Source: Hypanus sabinus
Taxonomy: Eukaryota
Reading direction: 5' to 3'
Length of the DNA: 64,000 nt
NCBI RefSeq assembly: GCF_030144855.1
Contig: NC_082727.1
Coordinates: 36,952,001-37,016,000 of the forward strand
Shown here: positions 35,476-49,270 of the stretch, in pieces
Layout: each line of letters starts with the position of its first letter
Numbering within the stretch: the stretch's first letter is position 1
Translations under genes and position numbers: made by a program
Notes under the pieces: model-generated
What the model was told of the DNA's origin: nothing
Database searches by the model: none
Seen by the model: only the letters and a program-made list of their open reading frames with translations

Positions 35476-36198
35476 ACACAGCATCCACACAAATCGTGGT
35501 TTTGGGTGGAATGAGCCAACTCAATCTCACGAGTTTGGTGGGACTTGAGAGTGTCTTCCCTAGACTTACACAGCCAAGGAAACCAGGGTGTTTCATTGTG
35601 GGGACACGTCCAGGATCGAGATTGTTTGATGCTTTGTAATTGCCCTGAGCATTGATCCGGTGGGTTGTGTGTTTAAGTCTGGGTAAAACTATTATCCGTA
35701 AAGTGATTACGATATGTGGTTATGGATGATACAGGGACTGATCGGAGGTTTGATAAAATTGCAGGCAAGGATTTTGTTTGAGTTCAGAGTAGCACTGACA
35801 TAATGGCAGTTGAACTGTCTGGTCCTTTTGGGGTCCCAGGGGAGGGGGGTCGTGTGCTGTCCATACTTTTTGGGATGAGGGGAGTGTAGGTGAGCATGTC
35901 GAATCACAAGCTGAGTATCCCGTAGCTGGGGACAGAAGTTCAAAGACAGGCTGTAGTAGTTCAGGATCGGAAAACTCTCAAAGAGTGTCCCCCCCCCCCC
36001 CATGGGTAACTAAGAAGAGAGCCTGTGAGGGAGTGGCGTGGCGTTTCAGGGGGAACACATTCCCAGCAATACATCAAGAAACACCCTAAAGCAAAAGACC
36101 CTATTACTGAAGGCTTAGTGGGGCCTAGCTTCAGTTTATTGCTACAGATTGAGGGTATTTATGCTAGAGCCATACTTGACACCGGCTCTCAGGTTACT
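35476..36198 (+). mobile_element. Internally deleted Gypsy family 2 fragment (5' gag plus protease)
   Basis: Reverse complement of 1-245 and 24335-24656; protease motif ARAILDTGSQVT. Confidence 0.75.
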
Positions 36199-36647
36199 CT
36201 CCGTCTCCCTTTGGTGCTCCCCCCTCCCCCGAGGCCTCCCGTCCCATGATCCTTTCCCTTCTTCAGCTCTGTATCACTTTCGCCAATCACCTTTCCAGCT
36301 CTCAGCTTCATCCCACCCCCTCCAGTCTTCTCCTATCATTTCGCATTTCCCCCTCCCCCCACTAATTTCAAATCTCTTATTATCTTTCCTTTCAGTTCGT
36401 CCTGATGAAGACTCTCGGCCCGAAACGTCAACAGTGCTTCTTCTTATATAGATGCTGCCTGGCCTGCTGTTCCACCAGCATTTTGTGTGTGTTGTTTTAT
36501 GTTCATTCATCTCTTTGATTCACCTTCCAAAAGTTATGCTGGAGCCAATTTACAACAACCTTGCAGGTGTGTTAAGGTAGGAGCTGTGGGGATGTGGTAG
36601 ACTGACACAGACCCAAGGGGACCAGGCTCAGTCAATGAGCTGAAGTG

Positions 36648-37366
36648 CTACACCTGTATCCCTGCAAGCGCAAAAGCTACTCCTGTCCCCACACCTCCCC
36701 CGTCACCACTATTCCGGGCCCCAGACATTCCTTCCAGGTGAGTCAACACTTCACCTGCAAGTCTGCTGGAGTTATCTATTGCATCCAGTGCTCTCAGTGC
36801 GGCCTCCTCTTCATCGGCGAGACCCGACGCAGATTGGGGGACGGCTTCGTCGAGCACCTACACTCCGTCCGTCACAATAGACAGGACCTCCCTGTTGCCA
36901 CCCACTTCAACTCTGCCTCTCATTCCCATCTAGATATGTCCATAACTGGCCTCCTCTACTGCCATGATGAGGCCAAACTCAGGTTGGAGGAGCAAAACCT
37001 CATCTACCGTCTGGGTAGCCTCCAGCCTGGTGGCATGAACATTGAATTCCCCAATTTCCAGTAATTCCCTCCCCCTCCCCCTTCCCCTATCCCAGGTCCC
37101 TTTCTGCCTCTCTCCCCTTTCAACTTTCTACTTCTTTATCTCTACAGTTCTTTCATGCTTATCCCCTCCCCCTCCCCCTTTATCTTTCCCCTGATTGGTT
37201 TTCTACCTGGCGCTTCTAGGTCCTACCCCCTCCCCATCTCTATTACTGGGCTTCGGCCCTCTCTTCCCCACCATTCCTGATGAAGGGTCTCGGCCCGAAA
37301 CGTTGGCTACACTTTTCTCACGGATGCTGCTTGACCTGCTGAGTTCTTCCAGCATTGTCTACGTAT
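36648..37366 (+). mobile_element. 5'-truncated Penelope-like element (GIY-YIG endonuclease) with a 16-bp TSD
   Basis: GVIYCIQC..CGLLFIGETRRRL..EH..PVATHFN; flanked by tcaa(t/c)gagctgaagtg at 36632-36647 and 37367-37382. Confidence 0.88.
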
Positions 37367-37739
37367 TCAACGAGCTGAAGTGGTAGACTTGTCTGAAGAA
37401 CCACGAACACCATGTCTACAGCACTAAAGTTGGCAAGGGTTCTGTATTTTGTCCATCAGAGACTCAGGGGGCAGGGCCTCATATCATTGGACCAAACCAA
37501 TTTTTTAAAGAGACAGCCAGCAATTGAAAGCACTCAGTGTAACTGTGAGTCTCTCCATCCATAACACACCAGTCACTGCAGCTCTTCAGCAAACCTTCAG
37601 AATCCCTCATCGTAGGAGGCTGGAAATTTTGTGGGACAGTGTAATTTCCAAATCCTGGTGCCATCCCAGTCAGGGAAAATAAAAAGAAAGAAGTTCAAAG
37701 TGATGAAAAGAATAATGGAGAATTGCCTAAAATTTGAAT

Positions 37740-39100
37740 AACACAGAAAATGCTGCGGGAACTCAGCAGTCCAGGAAGCATCTATAGATAAAAGTACAGT
37801 CAACATTGTGGGCCGAGTCCATTCAGCTAGACTGCATAAAAAAATGAGGAGTAGATTTAAATGTGGGGGGAGGGAAAAGAGAAATACAGGGTGATAGGTG
37901 AAACCGGAATGCGATTAATGAAGTAAAGAGCTGGGAAGATGATTGGTGAAAGTGATACATGGCTAGAGATAGGGGAATCTGATATGTGGGGATAGGAGGC
38001 CATAGAAGAATGTAAAGGGGTGAGGAGTATCAGAGGGAGGTGACGGGCAGGCAAAGAGATACGATGAGAGAAGGAAAAAGAGATGTGACTGGTGATGGAG
38101 AGGCTGGTGGGGGTGGTGGGTAGGGAGGCATTACCAGACGTTTGAGAAATTGACGTTCATGCCATCAGGTTGGAGGCTATGCAGACGGAATAAAAGGTGT
38201 TGATCCTCCAACCTGAGTGTGGTCTCATTGCGACAGAAGGGGAAGCCATTGATTGACATATCGGAATGGGAATGGGAAGTGGAATTAAAATGGGTGGCTG
38301 CTGGGAGATTCTGCTTTTTCTGGCAGACGGAGCGTAGGTGCTTGGCAAAAAGGTCTCCCGATCTACGTTGTGCCTCACCGATACGCAGGACACCACAGTG
38401 CGAGCACTGAATACAGGACATGACCCCAATAGACTCACCGGTGAAGTGTCGCCTCACCTGGAAGGACTGTTTGGGGCCCTGAATGGTAGTGATGGAGGAA
38501 GTGCAGGGGCAGGGGAACAACCAGCACTTGTACGGCTTGCAAGGATAAAGACCAGAAGTGAGATCAGTAGGAAGGGATGAATGAACAAGGAGTTGTGTAG
38601 GGTGTGATCCCTGTGGAAAGCAGAAAGTGGGGGTGAGGGAAAAATTTGCTGGTGGGATCCCATAGGAGATGGCGGAAATTACGTAGACTTATGTGCCGGA
38701 TGAGGAGGCTGGTCAGATGGTAGGTGAGGACAAGAGGAACCATATCCCTGTTAGGGTGGCAGGAGGACGGGGTCAGAGTAGAGATGTGTGAAATGTAAGA
38801 GATGTGGTTGAGGGCAGCATTGATGGTGGAGGAAGGGAAGACCTTTTCGTTGAAAAAGGAGGACATCTCCTTCAATCCAGAATGAAAAGCCTCAACCTGA
38901 GAGCAGATGCAGCAGAGACTGAGGAATTGAGAGAAGGAATGGCATTTTTACAAGTAATGGGGGGGGGGGGGGAAGAGGTACAGTCCAGGTAGCTGTGAGA
39001 GTCCGTGGGTTTATCATAAACATCAGTAGATAAGCTGTCTCCAGAGACAGAGATGGTGAGATTGAGAAAGGCAATGGAGGTAGATTTATAATGGACATCG
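37740..39100 (-). mobile_element. Penelope-like element (RT C-terminus, GIY-YIG, tail)
   Basis: EMSSFF..FPSSTI, VPLVLTYH, CIQCSHCG..IGEAQR, ATHFNS motifs. Confidence 0.8.
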
Positions 39101-39389
39101 GCAGATTAACTGTCTCAGAATTCGATGTTTTGACCCTACTTTTGGACTGCATGATCCAGATTCTAAGTAAACTAGAAAAAAATGTTGCAATCAAAGGTTA
39201 AAACATAGGTGTAGAGTTCGACCATTTGGCCCATTGAGCCTGCATCACTATTCGATCATGGCTGATTCATTATCCCTCTCAACCCCATTTTCCTGTCTTC
39301 TGCCCATAACATTTGATAACTTTATAATTAAGTACATCTCAACCTCCGCTTTATATATACTCAGTGACTTGGCCCCCATGGCCATCTGT

Positions 39390-40640
39390 GATGCAGCCTG
39401 TCAGAATGCCCCTATGGTATACCTGTAGAGGTTTTGGGTGTATTTGTTGACATGTCGAATCTCTTAAATTCTTAATGAAGTATAGTTGCTGTCTTGCCTT
39501 CTTTATAACTGCATCGATATGTTGGGACCAGGTTAGGTCCTCAGAGATCTTGACACCCAGGAACTTGAAGCTGTTCACTCTCTCCACTTCTGGTCCCTCT
39601 ATGAGGATTGGCATGTGTTCTTTCATCTCATTCTTCCTGAGTCCATAATCAGCTCTTCCGTCTAACTGACGTTGAGTGCAAGGTTGTTGCTGCGACACCA
39701 CTGCCTAGTTGGCATATCTCCTCCATCTGATATTCTACCAACAATGGTTGTATCATCAGCAAATTTATAGATGGTATTTGAGCTATGTTTAGCCATACAT
39801 TCATGGGTATAGAGAGGATAGAGCAGTGGGTTAAGCACACACACCTGAGGTGCCCCAGTGTTGATCATTAGTCAGGAGGAGCTATTATCACCAATCCGTG
39901 CAGATTGTGGTCTTCCGGTTAGGAAGTTGAGAATGCATTTGCAGAAGGAAGTAAGAGAGGGAAAAGGGAATGGGAAACAGAGGAAGTGGGGAGGGTAGTG
40001 CTGGGGACATTAAAAAGAAATTTGAGAAATTGATGTTCACGTCATCAGATTGGAGGCTACCCAACCGGAATATAGGGTGACCTTATGACGACAGTGGAGA
40101 AGGCCATGGATGAACATATGGGAAGTGGAACGGAAGGGGCTGGCCGCTGGGAGATCCCACATGTTCGGTCAGACAGAGTGTAGGTGCTCGGTGAAACAGT
40201 CTCCCGATCTATGTTGGGACTCACCGATGTACAGCAGGCCGCACTGGGAGCACCGAACACAGTAAACAACTTCAACAGGCTCTCAGGTGAAGTGTCGGCT
40301 CACCTGGAAGAACCGTTTAGGGCCTTGAATGGTAGTGAGTGAGGAGGTGTAGGGGCAGGGGTAACACTTGTTCGGCTTGCAAGGATAAGTTCCAGAAGGG
40401 AGAGAAGGGAGATCAGTGGGGAGGGACAAATAGACAAGGGAGTAGCGTCGGGAAAATCCCTGCAGAAAACAGAAGGTGTGGGCAGGGAAAGATCTGCTAG
40501 GTGGTGGGAAACATTGGAGGTGACGAAAGTTTTGAAGAATTATGTGCTGGACATGAAGGCTGGTTGGCTGGTGGGTGAGGACAAGAGGAACCCTATCTCT
40601 GGTGGGGTGGTGGGACGATGGGGTAAGAGTAGATGTGCTA
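39390..40640 (-). mobile_element. Rex1-like RT fragment (39390-39950) plus Penelope fragment (40010-40640)
   Basis: KFADDTTIVG, LALNVS and RDRVPLVLT motifs; paralogous to 17205-18445. Confidence 0.75.
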
Positions 40641-41274
40641 CTTGACCTCACAAACAAGTATCCAGGTCCAGAAGGTTCTGCATCAGCACACACTGTAGTC
40701 CCTGGTCCTGAAAGGCAACAAAATTCAGCTGCACTGTGCCATTATACGTGCATGCAGTGGAATGTTATGAGCAGAGTTATTCGAGGACAAGTATGATTTA
40801 TTCCAGGTTAAAAATATTTCATTTCATAACCTTAAAAATATTGTGCTATGCAATGGAATTTCTAGGATATGAACAATAGAGGCAAGCCATTTTTTTCAGA
40901 ACTGCTATCTGTCACACATTAACTACACTCATGAGATCACTGTAGGCCTTACTGCACTGTGTTGAGGTACTATGGACTGCCTCTGTCACCGCGCTACACC
41001 GTCCTCTAGGGGTCGCTACACTACCCTCTGGGGTGATGGGGTGTGTGGGGTTCAGTGTAGAACAATCTTGTTTATCGAGTTCAGATTTCAGCTTGGAGAC
41101 CTGCAAGGCTGTATCCAAGAAGCCAGGGGCCCTTGCTGGCTCTGAGAACATCACTGCTACCAGTGTCTCTGTCTTCCTTCCACAGAACTCTGGGAAGGGG
41201 AAAAGCAGGGAAACACAAATAGTTAAAAGTCAGTCTGAGATGCTGCCAGTTATGAAGAGTGTGCAGATAAAAAT

Positions 41275-41445
41275 CAGCCAATCAGGTTGGGTCTGATGGG
41301 CCAAGTTAATTATTACTGTTGCTATCGAGCCTGCCTTTGTATAGTAATTGGATACTGAGAGCTCTGCATCAGCCTGCATTGTTGTTTCAGTGACATCATT
41401 TCTTGGAAAAAGCTGGTTTCAGTTTATAGGATAAATTTCGATTCA
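41275..41445 (+). promoter_or_regulatory. IFIT-C promoter: CCAAT, TGACATCA (41391-41398), GAS TTCTTGGAA (41400-41408), ISRE-like GGTTTCAGTTT (41415-41425)
   Basis: Dense motif cluster ~140-300 nt upstream of ATGAG|GTACAG; 5' part is homologous to the IFIT-D promoter. Confidence 0.7.
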
Positions 41446-41579
41446 GCTTCAGGAAATTGCTGTCAATCTGTTCAAGCAGGAAATCAGAACATAGGACACC
41501 CATTCTCGATCGACTCAACATTAACGGGCCATCTGAAGCTGTGAAAGAAATTCAAAGAACATTATTTCGGATTAACATA

Positions 41580-44500
41580 ATGAGGTACAGAACACTGTAA
41601 ATCTCCTGTATTTAAACTTTATTTTTTAACCATTGCATGGAAGTTTAATTACAAAAGTGTGCCGAATGTATTGCTGTAACTGTACCTGGAGCACAGTATT
41701 GGTGTTGTGCATTCATAGGAACATCATTAAAGGCAGATCAGGCTGCTTGTGTCGAAAGTAAAGCAGAGTTATTATTTCAGGCCAATAAGCTTTCATTCCA
41801 ATAAATTATCTCCCAGTTAAACAGATTACAGCCCAGTCACTTGTTTCAATCACTTCAAACAAATAAACATATCCAGTACTTTCTTTTCTTATTTAGACAT
41901 CTAGTATCTGCAACACTTTCTGTACCATTTTGGATGCTCAGCAGTACCAAGACTGGTGAGAGTCAGACATCAGACAATCTCAGCACCACACCGACAAAAG
42001 TAGGCCTTTGGCCCATCATATTCATGTTCACCATCAAGTATCCATTTATACTCATCCCATCTACCAACAACTTTTCTGCAGCTTTCTACGCCTCAATGAT
42101 TCTAATGTTAATTGTTGTGAAGTTACTGTCTTCCCCACTCATGTTCAGCAATGTGTTCAGCTTAGAAACACCATCTGTTGATGGACTTTCAAAGCTTTTT
42201 ATCCCTTGCTCTACATCTACACCAGATAGTTATACATGACTCTGACTTGGGATATATTTTCTATAATCTACTGTGTCTGTGTCCATCATGATTTTGTATT
42301 CTTCTTTTTTCTTCAAGGAAAACCAACCTAGCTTATCAAGTTTCTCCTCAGACATCTTCATGCATGGACATTATACACTATATAATTCAAGCATCTCCAC
42401 TTCACCTGGCACAAGCAGAACTACTTGGCAGCAAAACATTTTAACTCCGATTCCCATTCCAGGTTCCACTGTACCAATCCATGATCTCCTCTTGGGCCAA
42501 AACAAGGCCATCCTTAGAGTAGACGAGCAACATCATACATTCCATCTGGGTAGCCTCCAATCTGACGGCATGAATATTGATTTCTCCTTCTGGTAAACAA
42601 ATCCCCCCCAACCTCTAGTCCCCATCTTTTACGTCTTCTCATGTGCCTATTACTTCCCTCAGGGTTCCCTGCTCCTTTCCTTTCTCCTATGGCTTACACT
42701 CCTCTCAGATTTCCTCTTCTCTAGCCCTTTGCCTTTCCCACCCACCTAGCTTCACCTATCACCTTCCAGTTAGCCTCCTTCCTGCACCCCCCCCCCTAAC
42801 TTTTTATTCTGGTACCTTCTCTCTTATCAGTTCTGGAGAAGAGGTCCTCAGCCCGAAACGTTCACTATCTATTCATTTCTATAGATGCTGCTTGACCAGC
42901 TGAGTTCCTCCAGAATTTTGTGTGTGCTTATTTGAATTACCAGAATCTGCAGATTTTCTCATGTTTATTATGCACTCAGTGCCCATGTTGTTAGGTATCT
43001 CTTGTGGCAGCTGAGTAAATGTTCCTGCCTTTCAGCTGCTGCTGCCTATCGAACTCAAGCTTCCAGGTGTTGTGCTTATAGAGATGCTCTTCAGCAGACC
43101 ACTCTTATTTGATTCATGATTGTTTGAGTTACTGTTGCTTTCCTGTTAGCTTGAACTAGTCTGGTCATTCTTCTCTGACCATTCTGATAAACAAGAACAC
43201 CTGATTTTTGTTTTTGTGGGTTTTTTTTTTGCATTGAGACTTGCATGTGAATATCCCAGGAGATCAGCAGTTTCTGAGATACTCAAACCACGCCATCTGG
43301 CACCAACAATCATTCCACGCTCAAAGTCATTACCCATTCTATTGTTTGATTGGAACAACGACTGAACCTCTTGACCATGTCTGTATGCTTTTATACATTG
43401 AGTTGCTGACATATGAGTTGCTATTTAGATATTGGCATTAACAAGCAGGTGTACAGATGTACATAATAAAGTGTACAACTGCATTTATATGGTAATAATG
43501 CAAATATAAAATAAAAGTACCTTCCATTTGGGCTCAATATACTTACAACTTAAAATTCATTCATGTGTTGTTTAAAGTTTGGAGGACTCTCGGCTTTGTT
43601 ACAAGAAATGATGTGAAAAAATGATCATGTATGAAGTGATGAATTTCGTGAATTTTCTTCACTTGCAGCAACACTCAAAGAGATTTGTTGAAAGAGAATC
43701 TCGATCAGCTTCAGTGTCACTTCACGTGGGGCCCTCAGAAGGGAACCATTGACTTGGAAGATATGATGTACAGATTGCAAGATGCTATAAATCTTGGTGT
43801 GAAGTATCAAGCCACATGTCACAACCAACTCGCTTTCATAAATTGTCTGCAGGGTAAGAATAAAGAAGCCATTCAGAACTTAAATGCAGCTGAAGAAATT
43901 TTGAAGGATAACCACAATGATGAATTTGAAAGAAGCATCATCATCACCTATGGAAACTTTGCCTGGGTGCATTACCACATGGGACAACTGACCGAGGCCC
44001 AGTCCTATCTCGACAAGCTGGAGATGATCTGTAAACCGCTCAGTGATGGCCCTCGCTATACAGCAATGATACCCGAGGTGTACGGGGAGAAGGGATGGTC
44101 ATTAATAAGATCTGCAGCTCTATTTTATGAGGAGGCAAAGGAATGCTTTGAGAAGGCTCTGGAGGAAGATCCTGATAATACTGAGTGGATTATGGGGTAT
44201 GCAACTGCTCTGTATCGTCTGGAATTATTTTCTGGTACCCCAGAAAATCTGAAACAAAATCAGTCAGTGAAGCATCTGAGACGGGTGTTGGATCTTGATC
44301 CAAACGACTCCATGGCAATGGTGCTGTTGGCTCTAAAACTGAAACAGCTCAAGCAAAAAGAGACAGCAACTAAATTAGTTGAACAAGCATTGCAAAAAAC
44401 TCCTGATTTACCATATGTGCTTCGTTATGCAGCAAAATTTTATAGATTAGAAGAAGATGTGGAGAAAGCCATTAGGCTGTTGAAGAAAGCATTAGAAATA

Positions 44501-45139
44501 ACTCCACTCTCTGCATTTTTGCACGATCAAATTGCTATGTGCTATAGAATTAAATTAGATGAACTGATCAACAATCCTCGTAGCAGAAACCCTCGCAATC
44601 CTGCATTTCACCAGAAAGCAAAGTTGTTCGAACAATGCATGTATCACTTTGGAAAGGCATTTCAGCACCGTCCTAAATCTGCTATTAAACCACAACTGGA
44701 TTTTGCAGGTGTCTGTGTAAGAAATGGAGAGTATTCCAAAGCTAAGGAGATCTACAGTAATCTTTTGAAATTAGATGATATCCGTCCAGAAAATTTGCAG
44801 AGAATATGTCTACATGCTGGGAATTTTGAACTATACCAGAGAAGGTGTGAATCAAATGCCATCAGCCTATTCCTTAAAGGACTGAAAGTTCAATATGACT
44901 CAAATGAACGAAAAAAGTGTCACGATAAAGTGGAGAAGTGGACAGACAAAAAACTTTGCAAGGATCCACATGATAGCAAGGCTCTTGGTATGAAAGGGCT
45001 ACTGTATCAGCTGAATGGGAACAAGGCTAAAGCTATTGAATACTTTGAGAAGGCCTTGGAGTTTGACCATGAGAACGAGGAATATCTGAGTGCTCTTTAT
45101 GAATTACGTCTTTCCATTGAGGAACATAACAACCCTTGA
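41580..45139 (+). CDS. IFIT: IFIT family protein IFIT-C; coding exons 41580-41584 and 43669-45139, 491 aa
   Basis: Acceptor cacttgcag|C in phase with ATGAG|GT; LDQLQCHFTW, GNFAWVHYHMG, PYVLRYAAKFYR (as in mammalian IFIT5). Confidence 0.93.
42970..43475 (-). mobile_element. Tc1-like transposon remnant in the IFIT-C intron
   Basis: DFERGMIVGAR..GLSISETADLLG is a Tc1 N-terminal HTH region. Confidence 0.75.
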
Positions 45140-45759
45140 AAGATCTTTGCTTCTGCTTGATTTGAGAATAAGTTTGTCTCACTAGTCTCACGTAGTATAC
45201 TCTTGCAGCATGTTCTTCACTGAGATTTTTATTTACTTCTTAAATTACAGGGTTTCACTTATTTCAAGCTACAGTGCAGAACAGGTCCGTCCAGGAAATG
45301 AGCTACACTGCCCAGCAAACACTTATTTAACACAGGCCAAATCACAGGGCAATTTAAAATGACCGATTAACCCACGAACTGTGCGTCTTTGGACTGTGAG
45401 AGAAGACTGGAGCACCAGGAGGAAACTCGGAGAGAATATACAAACTCCTTATAGGTGCTGCCAGAATTGAACTCCGAACTCCGAACAGCCCGTAGTGACA
45501 CACAAACCACATTGCTACCATAGCAACCATTTATGAAAGTGTGATTTTCAAATAGTAACTTTGTTATTATGATTTCTGGTCCCTGTGCTTCATTGAAGAT
45601 TACTCACTTCAATATTCAGAAACAAAAGTGGGTTTGGGGAATTAAGTCTAAAGGAAGCAACTCTGAAAATCACGATGAGTCTTCATATGAGATTCCTTCA
45701 CTGCAGGTGACACGAAGGTCGGTGGTGTTATGGAGAGCGCAGAAGCTGCCATAGGTTAA

Positions 45760-48636
45760 AAGGGACCTCTTCAGGGTGCAGAGCTGGGCTGAGAAGTGGT
45801 AGGTGGAGTTCAATCTGGAAAAGTGTGAAGTGATTCACTTTGGAAGGTCAAATTTGAAAGCAGAGTAGAAGGTTAATAGCAGGATTCTTAGCAGTGTGCA
45901 AGAAGAGAGGGACCTTGTGGTCCATGCCCATAGAGCCCTCAAAGTTGCCACGCAGGTTGATGAGTTTGGTAAGGCGAATAGTGTGTTGGCCTCCATTAGT
46001 GGGGGGGATTGGATTCAAAAGTCATGTGGTAAATTTGCAGCTCCATAAAACCCTGGCTAGATCAAACCTGGAATATTGTGTTCAGTTCTGGTTGCCTCAT
46101 TAGACAATGCAGAGGAGATTGAGAAGTAACTTGATAGATGTGTATGAGACAATAAGGGCGATAGATTGAGCTGACAGCCAGAGACGTTTTTTTTCCCCAG
46201 GGAAAAAATGGCTAGTACAAGGGGGCATGTCAGAGGAAAATTTAAGGGGGTTAAGCGGATTGAAGGAAATATAGGGGACAGGTCAGAGGTAAATTTCTTA
46301 CACAGAGTTGTAGGTGCTGCCAGTGGTGGTGGTAGACACATGGACAATAGAAGAATGTAGGGCTATATAGGAGGGAAGAATAGATTGATCTTAGAATAGG
46401 TTCAAAGGTCGTCACAACATTGTGGGCTGAAGGACCTGTGCTGCATTTTAAAGTTCTATGTTCTATGTTTAAATGTTAATTGTATTTTAGTTTTCAATTT
46501 ATATCTTGTACCTTATCAATCAACTGGAATTTTTGAATAGTGATTTTTAGGATAAGCCTGCATTTCTAAAACACAGTCAAGATTCTATCCAAAGACATGC
46601 CTGAGAGCTAAAATCTTAAATGGCAAGTCTGTCATAAACAAGCTAAAGAAACGCCAGCAGAATATTCAGTTCAGCCTGTTGGTGACACTCAAGAATGTCA
46701 AATCAGTCGAATTTCTAAAGGTAATATAATAAAAGGGGTTAAAAATAGAGGGGTTGAAGGTTGTAGTCTCAGGTCAAGCAAGTCATGGCCAAGAACAATG
46801 TCTCAAGTCTGTCATCCAGGCTTGGAATGCAAACACTCTCATATTGGAACTAGAGGTGAAAAGCAGGGTATGTAAATCACCAGAGTGTAGGACACGCATG
46901 TTTCAGTAAAGACAAATGAGAACGATGGTAAGGTAAGGGATCTTTGGATGATGAGAGACATCGTAAATTTAGTTAAAAAAGGAGAAAGGAGGCATATGTA
47001 AGGTATAGGAAGATGAAATTGGACAGAGCCTTAAAAGAAAGCTGAAATGTAAAGGAACATAAAGAAAATGAAAAATTAAAAGTCCAAAATGGATATGGAA
47101 TTTTCTTGGAGAGTAGTATTAAAAAGCATTCCAAGGAATTTTAATGTATCTCAAAAACAAATGGATAACAATCAAGAGGGTAGGACTGCTCAAGGATAAG
47201 AAAGGTAATTTCTTATTCTAGATTCCTAGACTCAATAGAAATGGGTGAGGTATCAATCAAGTATTTTGCATTGGTATTCATAAAGAGAAGGAAATGGAGG
47301 ATAATGAGAATGATACCAGACATTCTAATACCTAGGGCATTTTGAGATCAAGAAGAAGATGGTGCTGGGGCTCTTGAAGCATATTAAGGTGGATAAATCA
47401 CAAGGGCCTGACCCGATCTATTACTGGCTATTCAAAGAATCAATAAAAAAGAGCGCTGGGACTTTGAAAACAACCTTTGTACTGTTAATGACCACAGGTG
47501 ATGTCCCGGATGACTGGACAATGATTAACTTAATTCCTAAAGGAAGTTTGGTATGGTAGGCACGTTAGCATAGCAGTCAGAGTAAAGCTACTACACCAGT
47601 GTTCTAAGTTCAGTTCTGCCAATGTCTGGAGGGAATGTAGGTTCTCACCGTTGACTGCTTGAATTTCTGCTGGATGCTCTGTTTTCCTCCCACATTCCAC
47701 ACTTGCACAGGTAGTGGTTACATGGGAATCATTTGTGGTGCAGGTTCCTTGGGCCAGAAGGATCTGCTACCATGATGCATCTCTAAATTAAACTAAAGAA
47801 AAGGAAATGGGGGAAAAACCAGGAACTTATAAATTGGTGAGACTCACATAAGGATAGGATTTACTCACATTTGAAAGAACATAAACTGATTAGGGACATT
47901 CAGCATGGCTTTGTGTGGAGTAGATCATGTCTTATAAACTTGATTAAGTTTTTTGAGGAGATGGCAAAGGTGATTGTTGAGGGCAGGACAAGAAATGTTG
48001 TCTACATGAACTACAATAAGGCATTTTTACGAGATCACTTATGGAAGGTTGATCAAGAAGAAGTAGACTAGTGGTGAATTAGTGGTTTGAATTCAGAATT
48101 GGTTTGCCTATTGAAGACAGAGTTTACTGACGGAAGAGTGTAATTCTGGACTAAAGTCTGTGGCTAGTAATGTTCCACAGGGAAACACATATAAAATGCT
48201 GGAGGAACTCAGCAGGCAGTGGAGGAGGTCATGGAATGTGACATCATTCACATCAGAATGTGAATGGGAAGTGGAATTAAAATGGATGGCCACTGGGTGA
48301 TCCCGTGCTTAGGTCGGAAGAACAACAATTTATATTCGTTTGGGTAGCCTCCAACCTGATGGCATGAACATCGATTTCTCAGACTTCCAGTAATGCCCCC
48401 CAACCCTACCCCTGCTTCACCATTTCCCATCCCCTTTTCCCTCTCTCATCTTATCTCCTTGCCCCTCCGTTGCCTCTCTCTGGTGCTCCTCCCCATCTGT
48501 TATTTGTGATATTCTCACCCTCTCCCTTTCCCTCACCATCTCACCCCTCTCTCTTCCACCACCCCCTCTCTCAACCCCCTCACCCTCCCTTCTCCCTCCT
48601 CCCCTCTTTACCCCCTCTACTACTTCCCATCTACTC

Positions 48637-48682
<46 letters not shown>

Positions 48683-49270
48683 AATCCAGTGAAGAAGACC
48701 ATCAAGGTATACAACAGAGGATGAGTTAATTACATTAATGTACAAAGAGATGGCAGATGGAGTTTAATCAGGGTAAGTGTGAGGCATTGCATTGTGGGAG
48801 ATCAAATACAAGGGAAAGTCGATAGTTCATGACTGAAATTTTAAGAACGGGATCTTGGTCTATTTCCATAACTTCCTGTAAGTGGCAAAGCAAGTGGTAA
48901 AGTGACATGATTGCTTTCATCACCAAGGGCATAGAGTCTGTCAGGAAGTCATATTGCAGTTGTATTAAACATTGGTTAGGCTGCATTTTGAGTATTGTAT
49001 GGGTTGTGGTTGCCCTTTTGCAGGAATGATGTGGAGCCCTTGGAGAGGGTGCAGAACAGGTTTACCAGGGGATATTAGCAATAAAGAGAGGTTACACAAG
49101 TGTGGGAGAATGGGAGGCTTAGGGGAGAGTTGATGGAAGTTAATTAAAATATGAAAGGGATAAGGTAGATAGAATCGCTTACCAAAGTCGAAATATCAAA
49201 TGCTATAGTGCATACCTCCCTAAAAGGGCATTGAGGAAGGCTAGAGAGGAGAGTGTAAAGAGGATATGCA
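45760..49270 (+). mobile_element. Cluster of old CR1 fragments with nested SINE and Penelope pieces
   Basis: LEYCVQFW, KSQGPDPIY, QHGFV.SRSCLINLI.FFE, VYMNYNKAF; CR1 tail at ~46455. Confidence 0.7.
48636..48682. repeat. (CTAT)n microsatellite
   Basis: About 11 perfect units. Confidence 0.95.

Larger units (their letters stand above)
1..44795 (+). repeat. Tandem segmental duplication: duplicon A (<1 to ~20122) versus duplicon B (~24540 or earlier to ~44795), offset ~24-24.6 kb
   Basis: Same order in both: Gypsy2, CR1, LTR, IFIT, CR1, SINE, Penelope, Rex1, Penelope, IFIT, with high nucleotide identity in unique introns and intergenic DNA. Confidence 0.93.
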
